A stretch of 64,000 bases of DNA, taken from positions 140,244,001-140,308,000 of the forward strand of contig OX597814.1 in NCBI GenBank assembly GCA_951406725.2, read 5' to 3'. Origin of the DNA: Octopus vulgaris. Lineage: Eukaryota. Numbering within the stretch: position 1 is the stretch's first letter; each line of letters begins with the position of its first letter. A program made the translations under genes and the position numbers. The notes beneath the pieces were generated by a model. The model saw nothing but the letters and a program-made list of their open reading frames with translations, had not been told where the DNA came from and made no database searches. Of this stretch, positions 39,473 through 52,841 are shown in pieces.

Positions 39473-39844
39473 TGTGTATACAAACGTATGTATGTATCGT
39501 TATCATCATTTTAATATCCATGTCTCTGTAATTACATGGGTCGGACTGAGTTTATTGAAGAAAATTTTCTATGGCCAGGTGTTCGTCCTGTTGCCAGGTG
39601 TTCGTCCTGTTGCCAGGTGTTCGTCCTGTTGCCAGGACGAACACCTGGTCATAGAGATGTTTCCCAGCGAGATAATATTTTCCCATGACCAGATATGTCT
39701 TTCACATAATATTGGAAATAAATGACACTGCTTGTATTTCAATAACACTCATCTACAACTATCACAATGTCACGACAGGGAAATACAAACACACACATTC
39801 TCACACTCATACACTTAAACACACACACACACACACACATACTA

Positions 39845-40425
39845 TGGGTTTCTTTCACTTTCCATTAACCAAATTCATTCACAAGGCTTTGGTCACTGTG
39901 GAAATATAGTAGAAAACACTTGCCTAAAGTGCCAGGCTGTAGAACTGAACCTGAAATTATATAGTTTGATGCAAACTTCTCAACCACATAGTCTGTGTAT
40001 GTACATATATATATATTTACTCTTTTACTTGTTTCAGTCATTTGACTGCAGCCATGCTGGAGCACCACCTTTAATTGAACAAATCAACCCCAGAACTTAT
40101 CCTTTGTAAGCCTAGTACTTATTCCATCAGTCTCTTTTGCCAAACCGCCAGGTTATGGGGGTGTAAGCACACCAACATCTGTTGCCAAGCAATGGTGGGG
40201 GGACAAACACAGACACACAAATACATACATACATGTGTGTGTGTATATATATATATATATATGACAGGATTCTTTCAGTTTCCATCTACCAAATCCACTC
40301 ACAAGGCTTTGGTCAACCCGATACTATAGTAGAAGACACTTCCCCAAGGTGCCATGCAGTGGGACTGAAATTAGAACCATGTGGTTGGAAGCAAGCTTCT
40401 AACCACATAGCCACACCTGTGCCTG
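39845..40425 (-). mobile_element. Same SINE family, one partial and one full copy
   Basis: Reverse complement of 9801-10186. Other minus-strand partials at about 53845-54000 and 62383-62535. Confidence 0.8.
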
Positions 40426-40574
40426 TATGTATGTATATATATATATAGATATAAAATTCTTAATGTCTACTTTAACATGCTTACATGGATCACATTAAAA
40501 TGAGGAGTGGCTATATGGTAAGAAGCTTGCTTCCCAACAATATGGTTTCAGGTTCAGTCCCACTGTGTCTGTGT

Positions 40575-41530
40575 TCTCTATTACACTCACCTTCTTATAC
40601 TTTGAGAGTACATTCTTCTTTCTTCTCTTCTTGTCTTGAGACAGCATTCACCCAGGGTGGGTTGAGCTGGATTCATTCATCCCCAATGCTGCATCTCTCA
40701 CAATCACCGACCAGGCCTGGCGATTTGAGGCTAACGACTGCATGATTTCCAACCACTCTCTATTCCAGCAGCGAACGCCATAGACATGAGGGCCTAGGTT
40801 GGGTTCCAGATCAGCCTTGACCGTCATCAGCCAGGTTTTTCGTTGTCCACCACATCGTTTTCGCCAGCTTTGAAGGGGAGCTGGGGCAATTGCTTCGTAG
40901 ATGAATTCTCCTGGTTGACGACAGAGAGCATGACCCAGCCAATGCTGATGTCTCGTTAGGATGACTTGTTGGTGGGAGGTGATTTTGCAATGGTGTCACA
41001 CCAAATTGTTGGAGACAAAGTGATGCCATCGGACCCGAAGGATGTGGCATAGACAGAGATGATCGAAGGACTCTAGTTGCTTAATATCTTCCACCCTCAT
41101 CGGCCATGACTCTCTGCCATAGAGGAGAATCGTTCGCACTAGTGCTTGGTAGATCCGTACTTTGGTGGTGCGTCGGATCTCAGATCTTGACCAGAGTTGT
41201 GCATTGAGTTGGTTGAAGGCTTGGTGAGCGAGGTCGATTCATGTTTTAATGTCAGCCTCACCTTGACCTGTGGCTGTAATGATGGCACCAAGGTATTTGA
41301 AACTCTCAACCTCTTCAAGAATATTACCATTGAGGACAATAGGTGTTTTGTCTGGTGGGGCGAAGCCGGTTGTGAGGATTTTGGTCTTCGAGGCATTGAC
41401 TTTCATACCAATCTGCGATGCAACACACTGGAGCTCATTGATAGCAAATTGGACGTCAGCAAATGTTTCGCTGTTCACTACATTTACCATACCCCACTGA
41501 CAAATCATTTGCTGAGAGTACACTCTGGCC
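40575..41530 (-). mobile_element. RTE-clade LINE remnant
   Basis: IGMKVNASKTK..LEEVESFKYLG..KVRIYQALVRTILLYGRESW with stops. Confidence 0.85.
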
Positions 41531-43274
41531 CCTCATCACCACCATCTTTGTCTCTCTTTCCAGCTACTCTCACCAACCCTTATATAATGTGTAGTAGCCT
41601 GATCTCCTCTATAAGCAAACACCTCTTCCTCTACCTCTATCATACTTTAGCCTCTCACCACCTGGCATAAATCTACCTCCCTCTCTGTTACACCACCCCC
41701 ACTCAGTTAAGAAGGCTTTTCTGTCTGATTAACTGCTTGGTGACCTCACTACTGCCAATGCCACAAAATAAAAAAACAACCAGTATCCTGTGTAATGTGG
41801 TTGGCATTAGGAAGAGTGGTAAAGATTGTTTGCCAACATAACATGGCAGTCCTGGTTTAGGACGAATGCTGACAAACAATCTTTACTACAAAGTACTGTT
41901 GCTGAATATCTCGTGTTGTAAGATTTAAGAATAGTAATTTTCTAATTAGGAAGAGTATCCAGCTCTTAGAAACCATAGAAACCTTGCCCAAGCAAACATT
42001 GGTGCTCAATGCAACCCTCAGTCCTCTGGTTTGTCAGAGCCTGTTGAACCATCCAACACATGCTTGCAGATGCTAAACACCGTTGGTGGTGATACATGTT
42101 TGTGTATATGTGTAGCTACATACAAACATACATATTTACACAAACACAAACATGCATGCATAAGTATCTATGTACATACATATATGCAGGCATGCACATG
42201 CATACATACACACAATGAATCTAATGTATTCTTCTTCATTTAAAGTAGTAGCATGATTTGAAGGAAATTTGGCTGTTATTTCTAGTAGAGCTAACAACCA
42301 GATTGAGGCTCCTTTGTTAGCTCATGTTTTCTTTGTATTAATTGTTTTAAGAATCTTCATAGTTCTCTCTTTAATGTTTTGTTAATAAGTGCAGATATAA
42401 ACTCTACGGTTATGCAGTTCTGGGGTTTGATCCCACTGTACTGCACCTTGAACAAATATCTTCTGCTGTAGCCTTCTGTTGATCATGCTTTGTGAGCAGA
42501 ATTTGGAAATTGTGTGGAAGCCTGTCATGTATGTGCTTTTGTCTTTGTCTGAATGGGGATCGCTGTATTTGTGTATAAATCTGAAAAAAAACCTCTTTGG
42601 AACTGAGTGTGTCTCTTGACATGGAAAAGTGGTTTAATCATTCAATAGAATAGATTCCAGACTAAAATATGACCTGGGTCAAAATGATTGACTAAAACTT
42701 ATTAAAATAGTACCCCAGTTTGGTCACAGTTGAATGAATGGAGCCAAAATACAAATTTATAACATTGAAGGTTGACTTTGGAATATTTGTTGACCTGTTA
42801 TGATTTTTTTTCTTTCTTTTCCCTTTATCACTAAATCTCACAAGGCTGGTTACCAGATTTCCATGATGCACAAGTGACTGAGATCCTAACATTCCCACTG
42901 AACAGGACACTAGTCACCTGCAGGGTTCAAAGACAGCATTTTTTAGGGGATGGGGCAACTTTATTATTTGATTGGTACTTTATTTTATCAACCCTGAAGG
43001 AATGAAAAGCTTAGATGACTTCAGCAAGATTTGAACTCAGAACGTAAAATACTGGAAATTATTAAATCAACCCTAGTACATGACTAGTACTTTATTTTAT
43101 CATATCCCAAAGGATGAAAGGCAATCCTTGGTGGGATTTGAACTCCGTGTGTAAAGGTTCAGACTATATAACATGAGGCACTTTTTCTGATGCTCTAATG
43201 ATTCTGCCAACTTCCACCCTTTAAAATATTTCTCTTTAATTTATGAACATGACCAAATAATTTTTTTTAAAGGA

Positions 43275-43770
43275 AAGTTACATTGATTGTGCCGACAATG
43301 TTATATGGTGCAGAGACGTAGAGGCTGAGGGAGGCAGAAAGGAGGTGATTAGATGTGTTTGAGATGAGATGTTTGAGGGCTATGGTTGGTGTAACACAGA
43401 TGGACAGGATTAGGAATGAGGTGGGGCAAAGGCAAGCAGGAATGAGAGAAAAACTAACAACCAAAATGGATAGATGAATGTTGAGGTGGTTTGGCCACAT
43501 GAATGAGAAGCAGATGGTAAGGAGGGTGATGAAGGCTGAAGTGGTAAGCAGCAGAACCAGAAGCAGATCTCGGTTTGTGCTGATGGATGGTTGGAGTAAG
43601 GAATGCTTTGGTGGTTATAGGTGTTGAAATGAGAGAGACAAGAGAGTTTATAAATGATAGGAAAGCTTGGAGAGTGTTTGTGGACGGATGAGTGAATTTG
43701 ATGTTGCTCAAAGGGGTACAAAACTAGCATGATGTGACAGGGGTAAACCAACATATGCTGTCGAGCCCTG
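43275..43770 (+). mobile_element. RTE-clade LINE 3' remnant
   Basis: IVPTMLYGAET*..LDVFEMRCLR..DRIRNEV..MLRWFGHM. Confidence 0.8.
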
Positions 43771-46422
43771 CTACTGATATTGGGGGTTGTGTTCTATGCC
43801 TTGACCCAAACATAGAATGGGACTCATCTCTTTGAGTTGGGAAATAAATGGAATGCTTGGTGTGTGTCTTGTGACTACCCCTCCTATAAAAAATGGGGAA
43901 TAGGCCTTGGTATATATGATATGATATAACATTGATTCCAGTATTTGCTGGTATTTCATTTTATTGACCCTAGCAGGCTAAAGACAAAGTTAACATCAGC
44001 GAGATTTGAACTGAGAATATAAAGATCCAGAACAAATACTACTAGACACGTTTTCCGACACTCTAACAATTCTGCCAGCTCACTGCCTTCCATATATGAT
44101 GAGTTTCCAAAAATAATGAGTTTGCCAATATTTTCAATAGCGGGAACATGCTACATCACAGATTTTTTTACCACTAAGCTAAAATTAAGGCTGACTAACT
44201 CTAAGAAATATTGAAATAATCAAACCCACTTTTACATAACTTAAATGTGTATTTAGCAGTCCACTTTTTGTTTCAATTATCAATTAATTTCAGTTCTCTT
44301 TTTCATTCATTTTTATTTATTTATTATGTGCATCCATTCATGCAGGCATTTTGGGTTCAGTCCCACTGCATGGAATCTAATGATGACCAAAACCTTGTGA
44401 GTGGATTTGCTTGACAGAAGCTGAAAGAAGCCAACTGTATATGCAATTAATCACTGTATATAATTGGTTTCAAATTTTGGCACAAAGTGAGCAATTTGTT
44501 GGGAGGAGTAAATCGATTATGTCAACCCTGGTCCTCAATTGGTACTTGTTTTATCAACTCCAAAAGAACGGCAAAGTCAACCTTGGTAGAATTTGAACTC
44601 AGAGCATAAAGATAGATGAAATGCTACTGTGCATTTTGCCCAGCATGCTAACAATTCTGCCAACTCACCACCATATCACTGCATATAATTAATATGTGTT
44701 TTTTGACATTATAAATAAAGGTTAATGTCTTCTGTTGATTATTACATAAACATGTTACTTAAAAGTGAAAGCGGGGAGAGAGAGAACAATGTTAAGACAA
44801 ATAATGTGGAGCTTAAGTTGAATTTTGCTAGTCGTTTTTATAGCTGTTAACCATACTACTAGAATCTTTGACTAGACTTTTGGTGGAGAAATGTCTATTT
44901 CCTTTGAAGTTTTGCCATTTTCACCATAATAAGTCAGCCAGTACTGATCAGTTGTATTCACATTAACATCTTTCATGACTTGGAAAATCTGAAAGCTGTG
45001 GTTCAAATCTTAGCTGGGATTTTGCTACAAGACAAAGGTTCACAGTTACCTCCCCTGCTTGCTTCACTAAATAATACTGGCTACTACTTGGTGGCTATTT
45101 GGCTACTTACTACTTGGTGTTTTGTCAATTGTCTGTATTGAACCTTAGTATCATTATTTCTGATATTGAAGACACTGGAAATCAGCAACCTTTTTTTTTT
45201 TCAAACTAACCTGTGTTTTCTTCACATTTTGGCCTTACATGTTATTTAAGATGTGTATTGAAGTTGGAAGCTTATCAAATTCATTTATTCACCTTAGCAA
45301 AACATTTGATTAATTATAACAATGTTTATGACTGTATTTTAGTAATAAAAAATTAAATAAAGACACATTAAGATATGTTTACATAACAGATACAAGAAAA
45401 TATTGAAAAAAATTTACTAGATTCTCTCGTTCTCCGTTCTAGATTTGTTTTTGGTGATTTTTGTTGTTTTTCGTTTTCTTTTTTTTTTCTCATGTAGAAA
45501 AACATTTGATATATGTTCTGTATACTTACCTCCCTTGCTAACAGGCGTTCAGTTCAGAGTAATCTCCCTTGAGCTTTTCTGTTTCTTTTTGCATTACCGA
45601 AAATTCAATTTGTTATTTATGCTTACGATAACCCTGTCAAACAAACCATAGCTAATGTAAGATCTTCGCCCCGTTCCAGTCGTGAACAGCCCATCATTTT
45701 CCTGTGTGGAACCCGAAGCTACATCCAAAGTGTTCTTTTCTAGGACAACAGGTTATGATTTAAAATAAAATAATAATAATAATGAAATTATTGTATACAG
45801 TGTTCAGGTGCACCACAACTTGTCAAAAGTGCGTATAAAGTATATTTGAGAAGATATAACTGCTATTTCTAGCAATTTTGAGCTACTACATTTAGAATCC
45901 CTTGGAGATTTGTTTTGCATCGAGTACAAAAAGTGAGGATTATTAATTAAATTGTACATACTCTGTCAACTGGGGAAGGATGAAATTGACCTCGACAAGA
46001 TTTCAAATCAAGCAATATGAAGAATAAATAAAATACTCTTTTAGCCATCTCTTCAAAATAATTATAATGATTTCTTTATTTGCCCAAGGGCAACTGAAAA
46101 AGAGATATTATGCAGACAGTTTACTAAAAAAAATGGTTGTTAATGCAAAAATGATTATAGAAAACTGACATGGAGAATAATCCTTTCTGCTAAAAGCACA
46201 AGGCCTGAAATTTGTGGGGACAGATGCAGTCGATTACATCGACCCCAGTGTTTCACCGATACTTCATTTATCAACCCTGAAAGTATGAAAGGTAAAGTCA
46301 ACCTTGGCAGAATTTGAACTCAGAATCTACCAGCAGACGAAATACTGCTAAGCATTTCACCTGGTGTACTACCAATCCGCCATGGAGAATATTAACATAT
46401 GAAATTATAAGGACCAGTAATG

Positions 46423-46745
46423 AAGGTGTGTGGCTTGGTGGTTAGAGTATTCAGCTCTCAATCATAAAGTCATGAGTTCAATTCCCAGTGGTGCATTGTG
46501 TCCTTGAGCAAGACACTTTATTTCACATTACTCCAGTCCACTCGGCTAAAAGAAATGCGTTGTACCTGTAGTTCAAAGGGCTGACCTTCTCACGTTTGAT
46601 GTGTTATTCTGAATCTCCATGGAGATTATGTTAAGTGTATGCATGTTTGCAGAGTGCTCAATAATTTTGCTCGTATATTAACTTCATGAGCAGGCTGTTC
46701 CATTGTTTAAATCAACTGGTACACTTGTTGTAACCAACAGAGTAC
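46423..46745 (+). mobile_element. tRNA-derived CORE SINE (fourth family)
   Basis: tggcttggtggttagag..gagttcaattccc..gtgtccttgagcaagacact. Confidence 0.7.
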
Positions 46746-47479
46746 CAGAGTACCACCTAAAACCCATAGATCCAAGATTATCCCAACCACCAGAGCAAAT
46801 GCCTTATCTATCTGTGTTCTCCAGTCTACTGGTGTAGGCTGATTCACACAGGCCATTGTTGCCATTCTCTCTCACCTTTCATCAAATTACTTGAAGTCGA
46901 TGAGAAAATAATTAAATTAATAACGATGATGATGATGAATTTTGTTTTAGATTGTTTCTGAAACAACAAAATAACTAAATAAAGTCATATAAATACAAAT
47001 AAAGAGAAACAATTTGATGCAAAAGAGGAAGTAAGTGGGATATTTTATACAGACCTAAAAGAGAAGGGGAAAACAAAATAGTTTCAGAGTGAGATGGTTA
47101 AGATACTTACAGCTCTACCTTAAGCTCAACCAGTCCTGCTTATATTTGAAATTGATGAAGTTACCCAATTCAGCCCTATCATACTTACTACACTTGTATA
47201 GGTTTCATAGAATTTTTCTTAGGACATTATTTGCCTGGTATTCTTTTTATTTAAATGATAACATTATTTCAGTCTGCCCTCACATTAGTCCAGGCTGAAT
47301 GAAATGGAGGAAAAAAAATTTAGAAAAATAAAAAACAAAATTGAATGACATGCAATGTATTTTCAGATCTTTTTCTGAATTCAAGAGTCAATTTGATTAT
47401 TTGTTAACATATTATATGACAATTGATTTGATTATATGATAGAATAATAATTTCTCATTTACTTATTTATTGTTTCTAG

Positions 47480-47776
47480 CAGTCTGGTAATGCGCACATT
47501 CCTTTGATATCTCCGGAGTTACAAAAAAGACGAGTTCAGGACATTTTAAAAAGGATACCAATAGGATCTGAAGCTACAACAGTGATGGTTGGATGTGTTG
47601 ACTTCCTTCAAAAACCTGCAATGGCTTTTGTTCGACTTTCAGAAGGTCAAATCATTAAAAACTTTACTGAGGTTCCTTTACCTACTCGTTTTGTATCTGT
47701 GCTACTTGGTCCAGATAATGGAGAGATGGACTACCATGAAGTTGGCCGCTCACTGTCCACTCTTATGTCAAATCAG
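47480..47776 (+). CDS. SLC4A2-like: SLC4 anion exchanger exon (band-3 cytoplasmic domain)
   Basis: Acceptor tttctag|CAG and donor CAG|gtaagg, 297 nt, phase 0-0. Peptide KRIPIGSEATTVMVGCVDFLQKPAMAFVRL...EVPLPTRF..LLGP...MDYHEVGRSLSTLMS is the SLC4/AE signature. Confidence 0.96.
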
Positions 47777-48189
47777 GTAAGGATTAACTTTTTACGAAAG
47801 AAATTATATATGTCTATGTGTAAGTGTATGTGCTAAAAGTGAGGTCTTAAAAGCATTATGCTTATGCCTATACACTCACTGGGCCATGTCTCTGCCAAGC
47901 TTTCCCCACCTCTCATTTTCCTAACACCTATCCCTCCATAACTCTTCTAACTACAGCACTATTCAACTACTGTAATCATATGAGAAGAGAATCTGCGTGT
48001 ATTTCATCTTCTTTTGTGTTACCAGTTATCACTCCCTCTCTTTGAGATCACTTCCTTTTAAAATCCTTCTTTCATTCTCAATATCATCCTTTCCTACTCT
48101 ATTTTCCATTTATCACACCTTTCTCTGTTTCCTGTTATCTCTTCCTTTCTTCTGAGTTACATCTTAGGACTGCCATAATTCATCTTTAA

Positions 48190-48350
48190 CACCCTCTCAT
48201 ATTTTCTATCAACCTCAACACCCTCTTATATCTGCTATCACTCTCAATACCCTCTTATATCTGCTATCACTCTCAATACCCTCTTATATTTGCTATCACT
48301 CTCAACACCTCATATCTGCTATCACTCACAACACCTTATCATATTTGTCA
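48190..48350. repeat. 29-bp minisatellite (about 5 degenerate copies)
   Basis: Unit ctatcactctcaataccctcttatatctg at 48235, 48264, and so on. Confidence 0.8.
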
Positions 48351-48962
48351 CCAATAGCCTCCCCCCTCACCTTTGTTCCCCACTCACTACAACCACCTCT
48401 ATGTACCTCTGACTTTCATCTATGTCACTGTCTATCTTTCCCTCCACTCTCCCATCCCACTTACAATCTCCATGTTTTCTGATCTATCCACTGGCATTAA
48501 TATAATGCTGCTCTCTATCCTTCCTGTGCCTCCTCTATCTCTCTCACCTTATCACCCCAACTGTACTGGTTTGACACAATGCAAACTACAGGGCTGCATC
48601 AACCTCAAGTGTTGCTTTGACATAGTTTCTTTGACTGGATGTCCTTCCTAAAGTCATATTTTGAGGAGAGAAAAGCAGAATATCTTATTAAAAAAAAAAT
48701 CTAATTTTGCACAGATATTTATTATCACTATTTTCTTGCACTGTCCTATCCAGTATGTATCTATTTTTAGATATTTGTATGGTCTGTCTGTGTTAATTTT
48801 TTATAGAAGTTATTAGAAAAATGTGAGGTTTTCCAACACATTGTTCATACTTTCTGTTTTCCCAATAAGTTGTGTTAAATTTTCTCTAATGGTCTTTGGA
48901 TGTATTTCAATGAATATAGAAGTTGTTGATTCTTCATCTTCAACAGTTTATTTCTTATTTAC

Positions 48963-49335
48963 ATTATTTACATTTGACGGTTATTTGTCCTCATCTTGTT
49001 TGTTGTTAAAATGTTTTGGCTGATATACCCTTCAGCCTTCATCAGGTGTCTTGAGGAAATTTCGAACATGGGTTCTCATTCCTAAGATGCCCGTGGGCAT
49101 ATGGCGTAGCACTTAAGAGCATGAGCTACTATCGCCAAGATTCTAAGTTTGATTCCAGGCAGTGACCTGAATAATAATAATAATAATAATAATAACATTG
49201 AAAAATACCTTAGGAATGAGAACCCAGGTTCAAAATTTCCCCAAGACACCTGATGAAGGCTGGAGAGTATATCAGCCAAAACATTTTGTTAACAACAAAC
49301 AAGATGAGGACAAATAACCGTCAAATGTAAATAAT
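48963..49335. mobile_element. Inverted-arm element (Penelope-like ends) with tRNA-like spacer and mutated hammerhead cores
   Basis: Arms 48963-49086 and 49209-49335 are reverse complements. Each carries ACAC-CTGATGA-AGGCTG..CAGCC-AAAAC. The spacer has A/B-box-like sequence and (AAT)n. Confidence 0.65.
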
Positions 49336-50028
49336 ATACATAATTCCACATCTCTTAAAAAAAAAGTTTGTTCCTTGTTTATGCGTAGTACTCAACAGAG
49401 ATTGGAACTGTTACATAGATTATACGAATAAATGAAAGAAAGTAGCACTCAATACATGTAGGTGAGAATATCTGGATTTTCATTGTTTTCATTTAACTAA
49501 TCACCTCTTCACTACTGTAACCTGTGGATCAGAAAGTTATTTCCTTTCCAATGACTGATGATTAATATCAATACCTAATAATTCTAGAAAAATAATAACA
49601 TTCTGTTAGTAATTATTGAAGATGTCTGAGGAAAGTTAATCATACATTTCTTCACTGAAGTTTGTAAAAAAGAAAATGGTCCAAATGTAGTTCAGAAAGA
49701 CTTTAAGATTGAGTATGAAATGGTCTCGGTCAGCAATAGCCTTACACAAATGTTACAGGAAATTGGATTTGAAGAACTTGTTGCAGGTGATATTCAGGAG
49801 TTTTTCATTATGGTGAGACCCTCACCTATGAACACCTTAAAGTGTTACCAGAGCTACAGGTACACAATTCAGAAAACAAAGAAGAGACTCCTCTATAGGT
49901 GGTTTTAACAACAAAGATCTTTTCTAAGGTTTGAGTGAAATAATTCATGCTTTTTCAAAAACCTTCAGAAAATTATCCAAATTTTAAAAGAAGAATAAAA
50001 GTTAAAAGATTTATAATGATGGTATTAA

Positions 50029-50249
50029 CCCATTTGATACCAACCCGGCTGAAACCACCTCTGGCTCTATAGTACAAATGTCTTGTTTTCATAAGTTCTG
50101 GATGAAAATCTTCCACCAAACCTTAGTCACAATTTATGTTCCTAACACTAACTTAATGATAACTAAGTTATTTTAATAAATTCTTTGTTATATTTAAAGT
50201 AATTGAAAGAAACACAGAGCATCTCAAAATAAATACAGTAACGAAAGGG
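50029..50249. mobile_element. piggyBac-like MITE, copy 1
   Basis: TTAA|CCC...GGG|TTAA; near-identical to the 52365 copy. Confidence 0.85.
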
Positions 50250-50399
50250 TTAAACTGTTTATTGGGAAGAATTAGATGTTTGTGAAACAGCAAAGCAGTC
50301 AACATTTGATACAATTTTTTATAAATACAAAAAGAATCTAATGCAATCAGTATTATCATATTTTTTTGGTCTTTGGGACATTTTTCTTGTGGCAAAAAC

Positions 50400-50482
50400 T
50401 AAAGAAAGTTTATACTTTTTTGATTGAATTTATATAATAGAAAATTATATAAATTCAATCAAAAAAGTATAAACTTTCTTTA
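50400..50482. repeat. Perfect 39-bp inverted repeat with 5-nt loop
   Basis: 50400-50438 is the exact reverse complement of 50444-50482. Confidence 0.92.
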
Positions 50483-50857
50483 TGTGTGTGTGTGCATGTT
50501 TTTTTATTGAATTAAATGTAATTTTTTTGTTGAAAGGATTTTTTCTGAAAGTAGGAGCATTGTAGGCCTACAGAAATTAAGTGGATATTTCTTTCAATAA
50601 TTAAAAGATCTTTGTTTTACTTTCTTCTCATGGAGAACTGGTGAAGTAAAGAACTGGAGCATTTAAAATTTTTTAATCAAGGCAGTGTGTGTGTGTGTGT
50701 GTATGTGTGTGTGTGTGTGTGTGTAATATTTTCCCATAGCTAGACATGTTTTCCACTGAAGATTGGAAATAGACAGCTTTACTTGTATAATGATAATGCT
50801 CATTTACAAACATCACATGATGTCAAGACAAATGTGTGTGTATATATATATATATAT

Positions 50858-50941
<84 letters not shown>

Positions 50942-51163
50942 CTACCACTACTACTAGCAAAATTTACATTTGCATTCTATGTTGAACCAATACTCATATA
51001 AAAATTGGATGTAAAATGATAATGTATTATTGCTGCTCTTGATATCCAATTTCTTGTGTGTTTACTTTATTTCCTTACATTTTTGCCTTCTTCTCTCAGT
51101 CTTAATATCACTTCTTCTATGCTAGATAATGGCTTTCACCATTATTTCTTTATTAATTTTTAG

Positions 51164-51356
51164 AACTTCCATGATGTAGCTTACCAAGCTGAAAGTAGGG
51201 AAGAATTTCTACATGCCATCAATGACTTCTTGACGGAATCTATAGTGTTGCCACCTGGTGACTGGGACCATAAAACTCTACTACCCATCATGGATATGGC
51301 TAGGAAACGAGCAAACTTACGATTGCGAAAAAAACAGAAGCAGATGGAAAAAGAGG
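51164..51356 (+). CDS. SLC4A2-like: SLC4 anion exchanger exon (end of cytoplasmic domain)
   Basis: Acceptor tttttag|, donor GAGG|gtacgt (phase 1). Reads NFHDVAYQAESREEFLHAINDFLTESIVLPPGDWDHKTLLP...MEKE, with the SLC4 F-H-x-x-A-Y and VLPPG-W motifs. Missing from the ORF track. Confidence 0.95.
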
Positions 51357-52364
51357 GTACGTACAACTGCTGCAGTTTGGTTAAGGAGTCACGAGCCCGG
51401 TAAGTCTTCTGGAATAATTTGGTGACAACTTGGCTGTCTTTGTCTTGTTACCACTCCAATGAATTCTTACCAAAACTCTTGTAGCTTTTTTCTCAAACTG
51501 CTTGATTTTTTTTGTTGTTTTTTATTTTTTTTTTTTACAACTTCTAGCAATATAAAAGCACTGAGATTTGCTGAAGCTTATTGCTGTTCTGCTGTGGTTT
51601 CTTAAAATTACTTTCTTGTTTACATATTTTTTTTAATTGCACTGAAGTTCATAATTTTCTTTCTCACTGTTATTTTTATAACTTTAAGCCTCTACAGCCT
51701 ATCATCTCAGGAATATAATTGCTACTGCCTTATTTTAAGCTAAGACACTTCTCTAAATTATAAGAAAATTCTTAACAGAATTGACTTTATCTATCATCCA
51801 TCTGTTGGTCAATAAAATAATAGTAACAGGTCAGTAATAGTAATAGGTCAGTTAAATCAACTATACCCCTTTCACTACAAACATTGGTCTTGAACCTAAT
51901 CAAAATCCATACTAGCAGTTCTGAACCCCAATTTTTGCTATGGACCTTTTTTTGAGGTAGGAGACCAAAGAGTAGCCCAAGAACTAAATAGTTCAATAAT
52001 ATCCATAGTCTCAGTTGGCAATACTTGGGGATCCAACAGAAAAATACAATGATGATTGTTTGTGACAGAGCCCTAGGGAGGAGGTGCCTGAGAAAATGGA
52101 TGGATGGATGGTTGGTTGGACATCTTTTGAAGCAAAATCACTTCTTTGTGACCACCCCTTCATAGATACTATTAGTTGGTAAATTTTAATATTTGCAGTG
52201 TCTATGAATTGCAACTCTATCATGTAAAAACAAAGTACTTTTTAGTATCTAATGAAAATAATTATTTCTATGGAGATAAAATTGTGCATTAGCCAACAAA
52301 ATTTTGTAAAGATATGAAGCAAAAAGGACCTCTAGAAATTAACTTCGTTTTCATTGCTTTTTAA

Positions 52365-52565
52365 CCCTCTTGTTACCAACCCGGCTGAATCTGGCTCTGA
52401 GTACAAATATCTTGTTTTCATAAGTTTTGAATTAAAATTTTCCATCAAACCTTAGTCACAATTTATGTTCCTAACACTAGCTGAATGATTACTAAGTTAT
52501 TTGTTATATTTAAAGTAATTGAAAGAAACACAGAGCATCTCAAAATAAATACAGTAACGAAAGGG
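52365..52565. mobile_element. piggyBac-like MITE, copy 2
   Basis: TTAA|CCCTCTTGTTAC...GTAACGAAAGGG|TTAA. Confidence 0.85.
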
Positions 52566-52841
52566 TTAATGTCCACTTTTCCACACTTGCATGAGTCAGG
52601 TGCAATTTGTTGAGGCTAATTTTCTATGCCATAATGTGCTTTCTGTCACCGACTCTCACCTGTTTTTAAGTAAGGTAATATATTTGAATGACCATCATGG
52701 AAGACTGGAAAGGAAGGACCACCACTTGCACAACAGTGGCACTCATTTGCAACTGCTACACAGTGTCGAAATAAGAATACGGTAAAAAACAATAATACAC
52801 ACATGCAAACATATACATGTATGTGTGCGTGTATATACATA

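Noticed and set aside
45540-45750. CpG-containing patch with exon-like look
   Set aside because: No acceptor/donor pair gave an open phase 0-0 exon as required between 38537 and 47480.
49087-49170. tRNA gene (likewise the SINE heads at 9801, 38858, 46423)
   Set aside because: Only degenerate A/B boxes with no intact cloverleaf; they are SINE-type heads.
51181-51366. Minus-strand 61-aa ORF
   Set aside because: Antisense shadow of the SLC4 exon.
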